Source: Pavona decussata
Taxonomy: Eukaryota
NCBI GenBank assembly: GCA_977016875.1
Contig: CDRNST010000096.1
Location: 1,612,001-1,676,000, forward strand
Direction: 5' to 3'
DNA length: 64,000 bases
Part shown: one piece after another, positions 63,196-64,000 of the stretch
Layout: each line of letters starts with the position of its first letter
Numbering within the stretch: position 1 is the first letter of the stretch
Notes under the pieces: generated by a model
What the model saw: only the letters and a program-made list of their open reading frames with translations
The model's database searches: none
What the model was told of the DNA's origin: nothing
Program-made: the position numbers and the translations under genes

Positions 63196-64000
63196 AGGAA
63201 CAGTATCACGAGTAGCGCATGCGCGAGCCTGATCGCTCTCGCGCGACTCTGAGATCACCGGCCGCCATTATGGATTTGTCGGTGAGTGGAAATATGTTGC
63301 ATGTATTTTGCATTTAATTAATTTTATGTTAAACACCTCGCTCAGAATTTATTATTTGCCTTTTAGGAAGCATCTTCTGTCCCTTCAACTTGCTGCAAAT
63401 GCAAAAGTGCTTGCACTACAAAACGAAAGGAGAATAGTAACCGAGGATGCCCTTGCAAAGGAAGAAACGTTCTCTGCGGAAGCAACTGCAAATGTGGAAC
63501 CAAGGATAAACCTTGCAGGAACAGGGTATGTGTACGGTCTAAAATTGCTCCAATTTATTATCAGGCCGATTCAGTTATTTATTTTCTGTGCCTTTCGAAT
63601 TTTAGGGTTCGCTCGATAACACATCTACAGGACCCGCTGAGAGAAGAGCGAGACCAACTAGAGTCGATGGTTTTTGTCTTTCAAATGCCTCCGATGTTTC
63701 AACGGAGGAACAGCAACGACTTAAAGAAAACCGCGACGTTAAGGTATTACATTCTCACTTTTATTTTACCGTCGCTTGTCTGTAAGTTGAGGAAACTTTG
63801 TTGTTGTGAGAGCTAATACTCTCGTACAATTTATGCCACGTGTGTGAATGTTTATATGTGCGTGTTGTTCGCAACTGATGCAAATTCTACACATTACCAC
63901 ACTTACCCAGCTCAAAATATCAGCAAAATTATCTTCAACCATTTTTAAATTGCCTCTGTGTTTGTTGTATCTTCATTGATGTGCTTCTGGGTGTACACGT
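63196..64000 (+). mobile_element. Probable Kolobok left end, continuing beyond the window
   Basis: TTAA then AGGAACAGTATCACG..gcgcatgcgc, similar in style to the 38756 TIR, followed by a spliced Cys-rich gene. Confidence 0.55.
63270..63743 (+). CDS. 5' exons (63270-63281, 63367-63525, 63606-63743) of a CXC/tesmin-like Cys-rich protein, probably the Kolobok accessory gene; partial
   Basis: MDLS|EASSVPSTCCKCKSACTTKRKENSNRGCPCKGRNVLCGSNCKCGTKDKPCRNR|GSLDN..RDVK|; all introns phase 0, GT-AG, no stops. Confidence 0.65.

Overview
AT-rich eukaryotic DNA with spliceosomal GT-AG introns. The repeat families resemble those of cnidarians/stony corals, which is an inference. I found no convincing intact host gene. 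The window is a dense, nested graveyard of transposable-element remnants from many superfamilies: Kolobok, Harbinger/ISL2EU, Sola1/Sola2, piggyBac, IS3EU-like, Academ, EnSpm, Mutator-like, three RAG1/Transib/Chapaev-like transposases, a Tc1/mariner MITE, CR1/L2 and Tx1 LINEs, BEL/Pao, Penelope-like and tRNA-SINEs. Main points: (1) coding remnants are strongly biased to the minus strand, as expected of a uni-strand piRNA-cluster-like locus; (2) an 11.6-kb IS3EU-like element (45482-57056, ~250-bp TIRs, 6-bp TSD) carries a 5-exon integrase-type transposase and a convergent RING-finger gene, and a second IS3EU-like element (21545-24040) has a SAM-like ORF starting from each TIR; (3) two Sola1-like elements have Myb-type TAACGG arrays and share an exact central Forkhead+octamer 20-mer; (4) one spliced remnant has a clear RAG1-like C-terminal motif. 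Family assignments come from motif recognition by eye and need Repbase/Dfam/HMM confirmation.
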